The notes: a model not told the origin generated them from the sequence alone. Counted from the stretch's first letter, positions 31,047-42,120 are shown. The stretch: DNA of 64,000 bases from an uncultured Caulobacter sp. (GCA_964541915.1 CAZISF010000001.1:24639-88638); one strand, 5' to 3'. Program-made: numbers and translations.

Positions 31047-31998
31047 GATATTGATTACTGGCGGCGCGGGATTCATCGGATCCCATATCGTGGAGCGCTT
31101 TTCGACCCAATTTCCAGACGCAAAAATAACCGTTCTGGATAAAATGACTTACGCAGCCGACTTTCGAAATATAGAAAACCTACTGCACAATAACGCCATC
31201 CAGCTAGTGGTCGGTGATATTTGCGACTACGACTTTTGCCTTAAACATGTCGAGAATTGTGATCTTGTCATCCACGCGGCTGCGGAAAGCCACGTGGACA
31301 ACTCATTCCACAGTTCGTTGCTGTTCACGCAAACTAACGTCCTGGGCACTCACACGGTCATCGAGACTTGTCGTGAGGCAGAGGTTCCCCGGATCATCCA
31401 CGTCAGCACGGACGAGGTGTATGGTGAAATAACAGAGGGCGCGGTCGATGAATCGATGCCGCTGAACCCGACCAATCCTTACTCTGCTTCAAAAGCCGCG
31501 GCTGATATAATCATCAACGGATACATCCACTCGTTTGGCATTCCCGTCATTCTTGTTCGCGCAAACAATGTTTTCGGCGCGCGCCAATACCCGGAAAAAC
31601 TCATCCCTCGATGCTGCATGGCTCTCATCAAGGGCGAAAAGATCCCGCTGCATGGCGATGGACGCAACATCCGGCACTATCTGTCGGCCCACGATCTTGC
31701 TGAAGCTATCGAGTTGATTTCGCGCCGGGGGAAACTCCAGGAAACCTACAATATCGGCGCCCTGCACGAGTACCAAAACGTTGAAGTCGCGCAGATGATT
31801 TGCGATGCCTTCGGAATGAGTTTCGCCGACAACATAGAATTCGTCCGCGACCGGCCGTTCAATGACAAGCGCTATTCCGTAGTGTGGGATAAGATCCAGG
31901 CGCTAGGCTGGAAGCCGACCCGGGAACTAAGAAACGAAATTCCGGGAATCATCGAGTGGTATCGCCAGAACGCGCAACGCTACCTGCCAATTACTTAA
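31039..31998 (+). CDS. NDP-glucose 4,6-dehydratase (second RfbB-family copy, AT-richer)
   Basis: [59 protein letters not shown] and YPEKLIP. Confidence 0.8.
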   Translation: MRKILITGGAGFIGSHIVERFSTQFPDAKITVLDKMTYAADFRNIENLLHNNAIQLVVGDICDYDFCLKHVENCDLVIHAAAESHVDNSFHSSLLFTQTNVLGTHTVIETCREAEVPRIIHVSTDEVYGEITEGAVDESMPLNPTNPYSASKAAADIIINGYIHSFGIPVILVRANNVFGARQYPEKLIPRCCMALIKGEKIPLHGDGRNIRHYLSAHDLAEAIELISRRGKLQETYNIGALHEYQNVEVAQMICDAFGMSFADNIEFVRDRPFNDKRYSVVWDKIQALGWKPTRELRNEIPGIIEWYRQNAQRYLPIT

Positions 31999-32250
31999 GG
32001 GCAGACGGAAGCGAACTTCGCCGCCGGCCTGGCCCGGGCCCTCACCTCTGAGTGCTTCCGCCCCGTTCGCCGGGCGGCGTCGATGGCACTCGAAGCGAGC
32101 GGATTGTCAGCAAGAGGCGAGGGCGACGAACTCCTGCAAGCGGCGTGTGGCGCAGTTCAGGAGCAAAGTGCCATGGCTTGCCGGCGCGGAGTTGCCATCC
32201 AAGTGCTTTCGCGTTAGTCGTCCCCGATCTACCTGAACAGGAAGTGGGCG

Positions 32251-33495
32251 TTGTTGGAAAAGGCACGACGGATTCTGGTGGTCGGCGTGCACTATGGTCC
32301 CGATTTCGTCGGAGTGCCGAAGTACAATACAGAGTTCTGCGAGAGTCTTGCGGCGCGCGGTCATGAGGTTGAGGTCGTTACAGGACTGCCGCACTATCCT
32401 GCCTGGCTCATCTCAAAGACTCACGAGCGGTCCGCTTGGACAGTTGAACAGTTGAAGGGCGTCAGCGTATGGCGCACACCGCTCTACGTTCCTGGCAGTC
32501 CAAGTGGTGTGAAGCGAGTCTTGCACAGCGCTTCGTTTGGCCTCGCCGCCCTAATCCTGGCGACATGGAGAGCCTCCCGTTTTCGCCCCGAACTGGTGAT
32601 CGCGATCGCCCCTACGCTTTTGTCGGCGCCCGCGGCGCTCGCCGCGGCCGGTATCTGCGGGGCCAAGACCTGGCTTCATGTGCAAGACTTCGAGGTCGAC
32701 GCCGCCTTCGAGCTGGGGCTCCTCAAGGGAAGCCGCGCACGGCGCACGGCTCTGGCGACGGAGGCCTGGGTGCTGAAGAAGTTCGACCGCGTGTCGAGTA
32801 TTTCGCCAAACATGGTGAAGCTCCTTCACGACAAAGGGGTTCGGAAGGAGCGTGTTGTAGAGCTTCGCAACTGGGTGGATGTCGAAGCGGTAAAAGTGTG
32901 GCCGACAACGGCGACGCGTTACCGCACGGAGCTGGGTATCCCCGACTCTGCGATCGTGGCCCTCTACTCAGGCAACATGGCAGGCAAACAGGGGCTCGAA
33001 CGACTGGCAGAGGTGGCGGCTAGACTGGAGTTGGTGCTGCCTGAGGTCACAATGTTGCTTTGCGGAAACGGGCCATTCAGGCCGGAGCTTGAACGCCTGT
33101 GCCAGGGCCGGACGAACGTCCGTTTCCTTGACCTCCAGCCCTCCGAATGCTTGCCGGAGCTCTTGGCCACCGCAGACATCCACCTGCTTCCTCAACGCGC
33201 CGAAGCCGCGGACCTCGTGCTTCCCTCCAAGCTTACAGGGATACTCGCGTCGGGGCGTCCCGTGGTTGCCATGGCCGAGCCGGGAACCAGTCTGGCGGAC
33301 GAGGTCGATGGTTGCGGCTTGGCGGTGAGGCCGGAAACGGATGCGATGGTGGCGGGGATCCGGCGACTGGCGACGGCGCCCGAGGAGCGAGCGGCGTTCG
33401 GTCGAAACGCGCGGGAAGCGGCGGAGCGACGTTGGCATGTCGCAGCCATCCTGGACGGCTTCGAGGCCGAGATGCAGAAGCTGCTCTCGGCCTGA
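32251..33495 (+). CDS. GT4-family glycosyltransferase, WcaI/WbuB-like
   Basis: RILVVGVHYGPDFVGVPKYNTEFCESLAARGHEVEVVTGLPHYPAW is the characteristic WcaI-type N-terminus. TTG start. Confidence 0.75.
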   Translation: MLEKARRILVVGVHYGPDFVGVPKYNTEFCESLAARGHEVEVVTGLPHYPAWLISKTHERSAWTVEQLKGVSVWRTPLYVPGSPSGVKRVLHSASFGLAALILATWRASRFRPELVIAIAPTLLSAPAALAAAGICGAKTWLHVQDFEVDAAFELGLLKGSRARRTALATEAWVLKKFDRVSSISPNMVKLLHDKGVRKERVVELRNWVDVEAVKVWPTTATRYRTELGIPDSAIVALYSGNMAGKQGLERLAEVAARLELVLPEVTMLLCGNGPFRPELERLCQGRTNVRFLDLQPSECLPELLATADIHLLPQRAEAADLVLPSKLTGILASGRPVVAMAEPGTSLADEVDGCGLAVRPETDAMVAGIRRLATAPEERAAFGRNAREAAERRWHVAAILDGFEAEMQKLLSA

Positions 33496-33621
33496 ACCGG
33501 CGATCACTAACCGAACACGGTCCGGCCCGATCGGCGAATAATCAATCGTTCTGGAGCCAACCTTGCACCGGCAGACAAGCAGACGGTTCTCGAACCGGAT
33601 ATTCTTGGAAGGAAACGAGCA

Positions 33622-34596
33622 ATGAACCTCGGCGTGGCCATGGTCCTGGGTGGAAGCGGCTTCGTAGGGAGCCGACTCGTCCGGCGGTTGGCGGAAGAGG
33701 GCGCGTACGAACAGATACGATCCGTGGACTTCCGCGCGCCCCGCGTCAGGATGATGGGCGTCGACTACCGTGAGCATGATATCCGTCGACCCATTCCGGA
33801 GGATTGGGGGCGTGGAGTAACGACTATATTCAATCTGGCCGCAATTCATACAACCCCCGGCCACGAGCCACATGAATACTACGAAACCAATATAGCTGGC
33901 GCCATAAACGCTACGAACCTGGCGGTTGCCAATGGCGCCACCCGCATGGTCTTCGCGAGTTCCATCTCCGTGTATGGCCCTTCGGAGGAGACACTGACGG
34001 AGGAGTCTGAACTCAGCCCAACTTCGGACTACGGGCGCTCGAAGAGACTGGCCGAGCGAATACACCAGCAATGGCTGGAAGCCGCCGATGCGCGGCGCCT
34101 CGTAATTGTGCGACCCGGGGTGATCTTTGGCCCGGGCGAGGGCGGGAACTACACGACGCTCGTTCGCGCTCTGCGGCGGCGGATATTTTTCTATCCCGGG
34201 CGACGGGATGCAATCAAAAGCAGCGGCTATGTCGACGACCTGATTTCCGCCCTGGATTTCGCCCTGCGGCAAGACGAGCGCAGCGTTGTTTTCAACTATG
34301 CCTTTCCAACGCTTAGCACGACAGAGGACATTGTCTCTGCCATTTCACGCGTGCTGGATTTGGGGTCACGACCGCCAACAATCCCCGCCTCATGGCTGTT
34401 GTTGGCGGCGCTGCCCTTCGAGATTGCGAACGGGATGGGGCTAAGGAACCGGATTCACAGGGATAGAGTCCGAAAGCTCATCCATTCGACGAAGGTGTAT
34501 CCCCAATGGCTCGTTTCCAGGGACTACACCTTCACCGCTGACCTCGAAAGTGGGTTACGGGCTTGGGGCGCGGAAACGGCGGATCGGTTCGACTAG
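33622..34596 (+). CDS. NAD-dependent epimerase/dehydratase-family protein (SDR)
   Basis: VLGGSGFVGSRLVRRL Rossmann motif and YGRSKRLAE (YxxxK). Confidence 0.65.
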   Translation: MNLGVAMVLGGSGFVGSRLVRRLAEEGAYEQIRSVDFRAPRVRMMGVDYREHDIRRPIPEDWGRGVTTIFNLAAIHTTPGHEPHEYYETNIAGAINATNLAVANGATRMVFASSISVYGPSEETLTEESELSPTSDYGRSKRLAERIHQQWLEAADARRLVIVRPGVIFGPGEGGNYTTLVRALRRRIFFYPGRRDAIKSSGYVDDLISALDFALRQDERSVVFNYAFPTLSTTEDIVSAISRVLDLGSRPPTIPASWLLLAALPFEIANGMGLRNRIHRDRVRKLIHSTKVYPQWLVSRDYTFTADLESGLRAWGAETADRFD

Positions 34597-34608
34597 AGCA
34601 TTTTCCGA

Positions 34609-34730
34609 TCACTCTGGATCATATCCTGTGGCGGCGAAGTAGTTGGCCTGTTTGCTGGGTGTGAAGGTCTCGATGATCTGGGCGAAGGCTCTTCCAGAGG
34701 TGCTCGCTGGTGGGGCCCGCCCCGCCACTC
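34609..34730 (-). pseudogene. IS630-family transposase, extreme 3' relic
   Basis: AFAQIIETFTPSKQANYFAATGYDPE* (with EHLWKSL just upstream in another frame) matches the IS630 C-terminal tail. About 75 percent nucleotide similarity by eye to the tail of the 23475-23810 relic. Confidence 0.55.
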
Positions 34731-34753
34731 CCAGTTGAGACCTGGAGGCGTCG

Positions 34754-36964
34754 ATGTCCATCTTTCCGGTGATCATGTGCGGCGGCGCCGGGACGCGGCT
34801 TTGGCCGGCGTCGCGGCCTTCGCGGCCCAAACAGTTCGTGTCGTTGAGCGGCAACCTGTCGACGTTTCAGAGCGCCGTGCTGCGCATGGCCCCGCTGGGC
34901 GAAGGCGAGCGCCCCATCGTGGTCTGCGGAACGCGCTATGAGGATATCGTCCGGCGTCAACTGGCCGAGATCGGGCAGGAGGCTGTGCTGCTGCTCGAGC
35001 CCGAACCGCGGGACTCCGGCCCGGCGATGGCGGCGGCGGCGGCCCTGATCGTCGAACTTGACCCGCGCGGCGTGGCCGCGATCGTCGCTTCCGATCACCA
35101 TATCCCCGACGATGAGGCCTTCCGAACGGCCATCACCCTCGCTGGCGAGGCCGCCGCCCGCGACTGGGTGGTCACGCTGGGAATTCGGCCCTCAGGTCCC
35201 TCGGCCGCCTATGGTTATATCGACCCCAGCGACGTCGTGGCCGAAGGCGCGGTGCTTCGCGTGCGCCGGTTCGTCGAGAAGCCCGACGCGGAACGGGCGG
35301 CCGGGTTCCTGGCCCAGGGATTTCTGTGGAACAGCGGCAACTTCGTCGTCGGCGCGCGCGCCATGCTGGAGGAGCTTGATCAACACGCGCCCGACCTCGG
35401 CCGCGCCGCCCGATCCGCCGTGGCCGAGGCGACGCGTACGGGCTCCGTTGTACGCCTGGGCGCCAGCTTTCGCACCGCCCCGAAGATTTCGATCGACTAT
35501 GCCCTGATGGAAAAGACCGGCCGGGCAGCGGTGCTGCCGGTGGACTTCACCTGGTCCGATCTGGGGGCCTGGGACGCGATCCACGCCGTCGGCGACCAGG
35601 ACGACGCCGGCAACAGCGTCCTGGGTGACGCCACGTTGATCGACTCCGCCGGTTGTTTCATTCGCAACGAAACGGGCCTTCGGCTGGCCGTCGTGGGCTT
35701 GCGAGACGTCGCCGTCGTGGCCGAGCGCGACGCTCTGCTGGTTTGCGCGCTGGACGCCTCGCAGTCGGTGAAGACGGTGGTCGACCAGCTCAAGGTCCTG
35801 GGCGCGGCCGAGATCGATCTCCCCGCGCCGCCCGATCTCGCGGCCTGGGCGGAACGGTACGAGGTCTGGCTGAAGACCAGCGCCCTGCCGCTCTGGTGGG
35901 CCCTGGGCGCCGATCATGCCGGCGGCGGATTTCACGAAGCCCTTGCCGACCGCGGTGCCCCTGTATCCGCCCCGCGCCGCGCCCGGGTCCAGACTCGGCA
36001 GGCCTATGTCTACGCGACCGCGGCCCGCATGGGCTGTCCCGGGCCCTGGCGTCAGGCGGCCGAGCACGCGTTGGATTTTTTCCTGTCGCGCTACGCCCGT
36101 CCCGACGGCCTGTTCGCCACCCTGGTCTCCACCGAGGGTGAGATGCTGGACGATACGCCGATGCTCTATGACCAGGCGTTCGCGTTGTTGGCCATGGCGG
36201 CGGTGGCGCGCATCGCGCCAGATCGTCAAGACGTGCGCGACCGGGCCAGAAGTCATCTCGACCGCCTGTCGCTGATGCGCGCGCCGGCTCGGGGCTTTGT
36301 GGAGAACGGCCCCTGGCCCTATCAGGCCAATGCCCAGATGCATCTGCTGGAGGCAGCCCTCGCCTGGCTTGAAGCCACCGGTGACGATGTCTGGGGCGCG
36401 CTGGCCGACGAGATCGTGGCGCTGGCGCTCGACGCCTTCATCGACCCCCGCGGGTTGTTCCTGCGCGAGGTGTTCGACGAGTCATGGCGGCCGGCGGTCG
36501 GCGACGACGGCCGGCTTATTGAACCGGGCCACCAGTTCGAATGGGCCTGGCTGCTGATGACCTGGTCTCGGCTGCGGCCGGGCCGCGATGTGTCGGCGGT
36601 GATCGTGGGACTGATGCAGGCGGGCGAACGCGGCGTTGATCCCCGCCGCAGCGTCGCCGTCGACGCGCTGTGGGACGATCTGTCCGTTCGCGACGGGCGG
36701 GCCCGCCTGTGGCCCCAGACCGAACGTCTGAGGGCGTCGATCGCCTGCCTGGGACGGGATGGCGGGGCAGGCGATGACCGGTTCAAACAGGTCGCCGTCG
36801 AGTCGGCCGGGGCGCTCTGGCGGTACCTCGAAACGCCCGTTCCCGGGCTTTGGCGCGACAAACAGGCGACCGATGGCGCCTTCGTCGATGAACCGTCGCC
36901 GGCCAGTTCCCTGTACCATATCCTCGGCGCGGTGATGGTGCTCCAGGCCTGGTCGGGCCGATGA
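34754..36964 (+). CDS. Mannose-1-phosphate guanylyltransferase fused to an AGE-superfamily (N-acylglucosamine 2-epimerase/aldose-ketose isomerase-like) domain
   Basis: The N-terminal ~350 aa are canonical ManC/GMP (IFPVIMCGGAGTRLWPASRPSRPKQF...WNSGNFVV...IDYALMEK...WSDLGAWDA). From about nt 35816 it reads LPLWWALGADHAGGGFHEAL...RRARVQTRQAYVYA...GHQFEWAWLL, the same family as the stand-alone gene at 45094-46158. Confidence 0.8.
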   Translation: MSIFPVIMCGGAGTRLWPASRPSRPKQFVSLSGNLSTFQSAVLRMAPLGEGERPIVVCGTRYEDIVRRQLAEIGQEAVLLLEPEPRDSGPAMAAAAALIVELDPRGVAAIVASDHHIPDDEAFRTAITLAGEAAARDWVVTLGIRPSGPSAAYGYIDPSDVVAEGAVLRVRRFVEKPDAERAAGFLAQGFLWNSGNFVVGARAMLEELDQHAPDLGRAARSAVAEATRTGSVVRLGASFRTAPKISIDYALMEKTGRAAVLPVDFTWSDLGAWDAIHAVGDQDDAGNSVLGDATLIDSAGCFIRNETGLRLAVVGLRDVAVVAERDALLVCALDASQSVKTVVDQLKVLGAAEIDLPAPPDLAAWAERYEVWLKTSALPLWWALGADHAGGGFHEALADRGAPVSAPRRARVQTRQAYVYATAARMGCPGPWRQAAEHALDFFLSRYARPDGLFATLVSTEGEMLDDTPMLYDQAFALLAMAAVARIAPDRQDVRDRARSHLDRLSLMRAPARGFVENGPWPYQANAQMHLLEAALAWLEATGDDVWGALADEIVALALDAFIDPRGLFLREVFDESWRPAVGDDGRLIEPGHQFEWAWLLMTWSRLRPGRDVSAVIVGLMQAGERGVDPRRSVAVDALWDDLSVRDGRARLWPQTERLRASIACLGRDGGAGDDRFKQVAVESAGALWRYLETPVPGLWRDKQATDGAFVDEPSPASSLYHILGAVMVLQAWSGR

Positions 36965-36968
36965 ACGG

Positions 36969-37775
36969 CTATACTTCGTCCAGCGACAGGATGTCCGTGG
37001 TTACGCCGGTATCCCCGCGCCGCGCCCGCAGGAACCGCCGCTCCTCGGCGTCAAGCTCCACCGCGGTCAGCACGCCGGTGCGGTAGGCCCAGGTATCGAC
37101 GCCGATGCGGCGGTCGTCGGCGTAAGGATCGACGGCCGGCGTATGGCCGTGCACGATCACCTTGTCCAAGCGCCGCCTGTCGGACAGGAACGGCTCACGA
37201 ATCCAGCGCAGATCCTTGGTGTGCTGGGCGTTCAGGGGGCGATCAGGATGCACGCCAGCGTGGACGAACAGATAGTCCCCGAGGTCGATCCGGTCCTCGA
37301 GGCCCCATAGAAACCGCATGTGAGTTTCGGGGATGGCGGCTTTGATAGCTTCATGCGTTTCGCGCCATGCTTCTAGGCTTCCCTCGTCCTCGGGCGTCGC
37401 CACGCCATAGGACTGCATCGTCGCCTTGCCGCCATAGCCGGTCCAGGCCATGCCCGCCTCAAGGTCGCTGAGGAAGTACAGCATCGCCTCTTCGTGATTG
37501 CCGCACAGAAAGCGGGTGTCGGGCGCTTGCTTCCGTAACTCCAGTAGCTGTTCGATCACCTGCCGCGACCCGGGACCGCGATCTACATAGTCGCCCAGGA
37601 AGACGAGCAGCGGCGGCGTCTTGTCGGTCGCGGTCTCTTCGGCGATGGCCGCAAGTAGGCCGGACAACAGATCGTCGCATCCATGAATGTCGCCGATGGC
37701 GAACACGCGCCGACCGTCCAGGGCGCTGGCCGCCCGTACGGGTTTGCGGCTCCAGAAACGGGTGAAGAGATTCAA
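36969..37775 (-). CDS. Metallophosphoesterase (PPP-family Ser/Thr phosphatase / ApaH-like)
   Basis: VFAIGDIHGCDDLL, VFLGDYVDRGPGS and CGNHE are present. I chose the TTG start at 37775, with an alternative ATG at 37877. The 465-aa ORF to 38366 is an upstream extension that overlaps a plus-strand lipoprotein gene. Confidence 0.7.
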   Translation of the reverse strand: MNLFTRFWSRKPVRAASALDGRRVFAIGDIHGCDDLLSGLLAAIAEETATDKTPPLLVFLGDYVDRGPGSRQVIEQLLELRKQAPDTRFLCGNHEEAMLYFLSDLEAGMAWTGYGGKATMQSYGVATPEDEGSLEAWRETHEAIKAAIPETHMRFLWGLEDRIDLGDYLFVHAGVHPDRPLNAQHTKDLRWIREPFLSDRRRLDKVIVHGHTPAVDPYADDRRIGVDTWAYRTGVLTAVELDAEERRFLRARRGDTGVTTDILSLDEV

Positions 37776-38025
37776 GACGGGACTACCTACTGATCGGCTC
37801 AGTCTTCGCGCGCGTTGACCGCCACCCTGCGGTGCGTTGCTCTTCCATAAGGCGGGTCGGCGGTCAACGCCTTCCATCCGGAGTCGTCCGACGCGGCCCG
37901 CTCCGGCGCCATGGTCTCGGCCGCCACAGGCTGCAAAAATCCGGCTTGCCCCTTGCTTCGCGGCCGACCTTTGGGTCAGATCGCGCCGTCGCGACACGCG
38001 GCGAAGCAAGGGCGCGGGAGCGGAC

Positions 38026-38580
38026 ATGCGTATCTGGAAGGCGGGCATGATGATCGGGATTGTGGTGCTCGCCGCCGCAGCCTGTTCCAAGGATAAACAG
38101 GACGACGTGGCCGGCAAACCCGATCCGGCTTCCGTCGAGGTCCCGAAACGCAAGCCGGGCCTCTGGAAGCAGACCATACTCGTCGAGGGCGTGGACGCAC
38201 TCCAGACCTTCAAACTCTGTCTTGACGAGGCCAGTGATCCGAAACTGGCCTGGTGGGGCCAGCAGGGTTTCAGACAGGCCTGCAGCAAGAACGATATCAT
38301 CCGGCAGGCGGACGGGTCATGGAAGTTCAGCTCGGTCTGTGAAGGCGCGGGCGTGAAAACGACCAATGATGGGACGGCGGTCGGTGATTTCAGTTCCAGG
38401 TATCAGCTCAGGGCAGAATCGACGACCACCGGCGCGCCTATCCCGCAGATGAACGGTTCTCATACAGTGACCATCGACGCAGAATGGCTTGGTGAGTGCC
38501 CGGCTGGAATGAACCCGGGGGACATGGACCTGCCAAACGGGCAGCGCGTCAACGTCCTCGAAATCAGCGGTCTGAATTAG
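38026..38580 (+). CDS. DUF3617-like lipoprotein
   Basis: Start at MRIWKAGMMIGIVVLAAAACSKD (lipobox LAAAAC). The KPGLWKQT motif and cysteine pattern are reminiscent of DUF3617. Confidence 0.6.
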   Translation: MRIWKAGMMIGIVVLAAAACSKDKQDDVAGKPDPASVEVPKRKPGLWKQTILVEGVDALQTFKLCLDEASDPKLAWWGQQGFRQACSKNDIIRQADGSWKFSSVCEGAGVKTTNDGTAVGDFSSRYQLRAESTTTGAPIPQMNGSHTVTIDAEWLGECPAGMNPGDMDLPNGQRVNVLEISGLN

Positions 38581-38587
38581 GGGCCGC

Positions 38588-39646
38588 CTATTGCGGACGC
38601 TGGGGCGCCATTCTCGCGGCGGTCGGCATGAGCGGTTCACCGGCCGCCAGTTTGCGGCGGATTTCCTCGGCGGTCGTTGCGATGTTCGCGGCGCGTTCGA
38701 GGGAGCCCGGGTGCGACCCCAGCGCATAGCGGGACAGTCCGAAGTCCGCACCGTACTGCCGCCAGAAATCGCGCGCGGATCCGTAGTCGAAGCCCGCCCT
38801 CGCCATCAAGTAGAGGCCGACATAATCGGCCTCGCGCTCGACCGTTAGCAAACCGCCCAGGGTCGTGCCGGCATTTCCCAGAACCGCCGCGGCGGGCCCC
38901 CCGCTCGAAATTCGCGCCTGGTGCTTCATGACGTTGTGTCCCAGCTCGTGGCCAAGGACGATCGCCAGCTGGTCGTCCGTCACCGCATAACGGACAAAGG
39001 CCGTCGTGATGAATACGCGTCGCCCGTCGGCCGATGCGTTGACGTCTTCCGAAGGCGTCAGCTGCGCTTCATAGGCGCACCCCGCGACCGGCGTCAGGGT
39101 GACGGCAAATCGCTTTCCGGCGCGCTCGAGCGTCAGGTCGCCCGAGCCATCGGCCAGGGCCCGATCGAGCTGTTCACGCGCCCGCGCGACCTCGTCGTAG
39201 CGGGCCGATTCCGTGTCGAGCCTGTTGCCGACGTCTACGAAATCGACACCGTCGATGGCGACCAGAGTGTCACCGACCTTTATGCCGGCCTTGTCGGCGG
39301 GTCCGCCAGGCGCAACGGTCAACACCGAGGGCCGGCCGGTGAGTCCGAGATGGCGGATCGCCACAGGACGGATGTCGCGGCCATACTGCAGCGCGTGATG
39401 CAGCGTCATGCCCGGCAGCAATGTCCTGTCCGTGCAAAGGTCCAGATTGGCGACATTCAGGCGATAAGAAACGGCCGCGACCCGCCCGTCCTGCTCGCGC
39501 AGGCGGTCGAGGCTGGCCTCTTGCTGGAAGGCGACCTCGGCGCGCAGGCTTTCGGCATCGGCCGACGGAAGGGCAACGACCGGCGCGACCGTGGAACAGC
39601 CGCCAAGAACGGTCAGGAACAGAACCGCCGCCCTTTTCGCCAACAT
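38588..39646 (-). CDS. M48-family zinc metallopeptidase with an internal PDZ domain, lipoprotein
   Basis: Start at MLAKRAAVLFLTVLGGCS (lipobox). HELGHNVMKH (HExxH). PDZ-like segment GIKVGDTLVAIDGV. Confidence 0.8.
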   Translation of the reverse strand: MLAKRAAVLFLTVLGGCSTVAPVVALPSADAESLRAEVAFQQEASLDRLREQDGRVAAVSYRLNVANLDLCTDRTLLPGMTLHHALQYGRDIRPVAIRHLGLTGRPSVLTVAPGGPADKAGIKVGDTLVAIDGVDFVDVGNRLDTESARYDEVARAREQLDRALADGSGDLTLERAGKRFAVTLTPVAGCAYEAQLTPSEDVNASADGRRVFITTAFVRYAVTDDQLAIVLGHELGHNVMKHQARISSGGPAAAVLGNAGTTLGGLLTVEREADYVGLYLMARAGFDYGSARDFWRQYGADFGLSRYALGSHPGSLERAANIATTAEEIRRKLAAGEPLMPTAARMAPQRPQ

Positions 39647-39798
39647 GATCTCCTCCACGCGCCGGGGGCAATCATAGACAGCCCCGCTCATCCTGACCAA
39701 CCAAACCACTTGATTGGCGCCGGTTTGCCAACGCGACTATAAGCGGCCCCGGGGTTTATCATTGCAATGAAGGAACGGGATTGGGCGCACTTCCTCTG

Positions 39799-41064
<1,266 letters not shown>

Positions 41065-41096
41065 CCTTCGAACCTGATCAACGCAAGAGAGCCCCT

Positions 41097-42110
41097 ATGA
41101 AAGTCATGGTCACCGGCAGCGCCGGCTTCATCGGCTCGGCTACAAGCCTGCGTCTGCTCGAGCGCGGCGACGAAGTGATCGGGGTGGACTGCCTCAATGA
41201 CTACTACGATCCCGCGTTGAAGCATGCGCGACTGGCGCGGACCATCGACCATCCCAACTACACCCAGCTGACAATCGACCTCGCTGACCGCGCGGCCATG
41301 GAAGCGGCTTTCGCCACACATCGCCCACAGCGGGTGATCAACCTCGCGGCCCAGGCGGGCGTTCGCTACGCGGCCACGAACCCGCACATCTATGTCCAGA
41401 GCAACGTCACCGGCTTCCTGCATGTGCTCGAGGGCTGCCGGCACAACGGCGTCGAGCATCTGGTGTTCGCCTCGACCAGCTCGGTCTACGGCGCCAACAC
41501 GAAGATGCCGTTCTCGGAGCATGACAGCACCGAGCACCCGCTGACGCTCTACGCGGCGACCAAGAAGGCCAACGAGCAGATGGCGCACAGCTACGCCAAC
41601 CTGTTCGATCTGCCCTGCACCGGCCTGCGGTTCTTCACCGTCTACGGCCCGTGGGGCCGGCCGGACATGGCGCTGTTCATGTTCACCAAGAAGATCCTCG
41701 CCGGCGAGCCGATCCAGGTCTTCAACCACGGCAAGCACAGTCGCAGCTTCACCTACATTGACGACATCGTCGAAGGGGTGATCCGGGCAATGGACAACGT
41801 GCCGGGCGTAAACCCCGACTGGGACGGGAAAAATCCCGACCCGGCCACCAGCGGATCCGGTCCCTACCGCATCTTCAACATCGGCGCCGAGCAGCAGGTC
41901 GAATTGATGCGCTACATCGAGGTGCTGGAAGAGTGCCTCGGCAAGAAGGCGATCATGGAGATGCTTCCGCTCCAGCCCGGCGACGTGCCGGACACGGTGG
42001 CAGACGTCACCGAGCTGCAGAACGTCGTCGGCTACAAGCCCCGTATCACCGTCGAGGAAGGCGTGCGCAAGTTCGTCGAGTGGTACCGCGGGTACAACGG
42101 TGTGCTGTAG
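41097..42110 (+). CDS. UDP-uronate 4-epimerase-like SDR (TviC/WbpP/LpsL family)
   Basis: [48 protein letters not shown] and [15 protein letters not shown]. Confidence 0.8.
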   Translation: MKVMVTGSAGFIGSATSLRLLERGDEVIGVDCLNDYYDPALKHARLARTIDHPNYTQLTIDLADRAAMEAAFATHRPQRVINLAAQAGVRYAATNPHIYVQSNVTGFLHVLEGCRHNGVEHLVFASTSSVYGANTKMPFSEHDSTEHPLTLYAATKKANEQMAHSYANLFDLPCTGLRFFTVYGPWGRPDMALFMFTKKILAGEPIQVFNHGKHSRSFTYIDDIVEGVIRAMDNVPGVNPDWDGKNPDPATSGSGPYRIFNIGAEQQVELMRYIEVLEECLGKKAIMEMLPLQPGDVPDTVADVTELQNVVGYKPRITVEEGVRKFVEWYRGYNGVL

Positions 42111-42120
42111 CCGCGACCGG

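Noticed and set aside
37776-38366. N-terminal 197-codon extension of the metallophosphoesterase ORF
   Set aside because: The extension has no phosphatase-family similarity and overlaps the well-supported plus-strand DUF3617-like lipoprotein gene (lipobox, RBS). The phosphatase motifs begin ~23 aa after the TTG at 37775.
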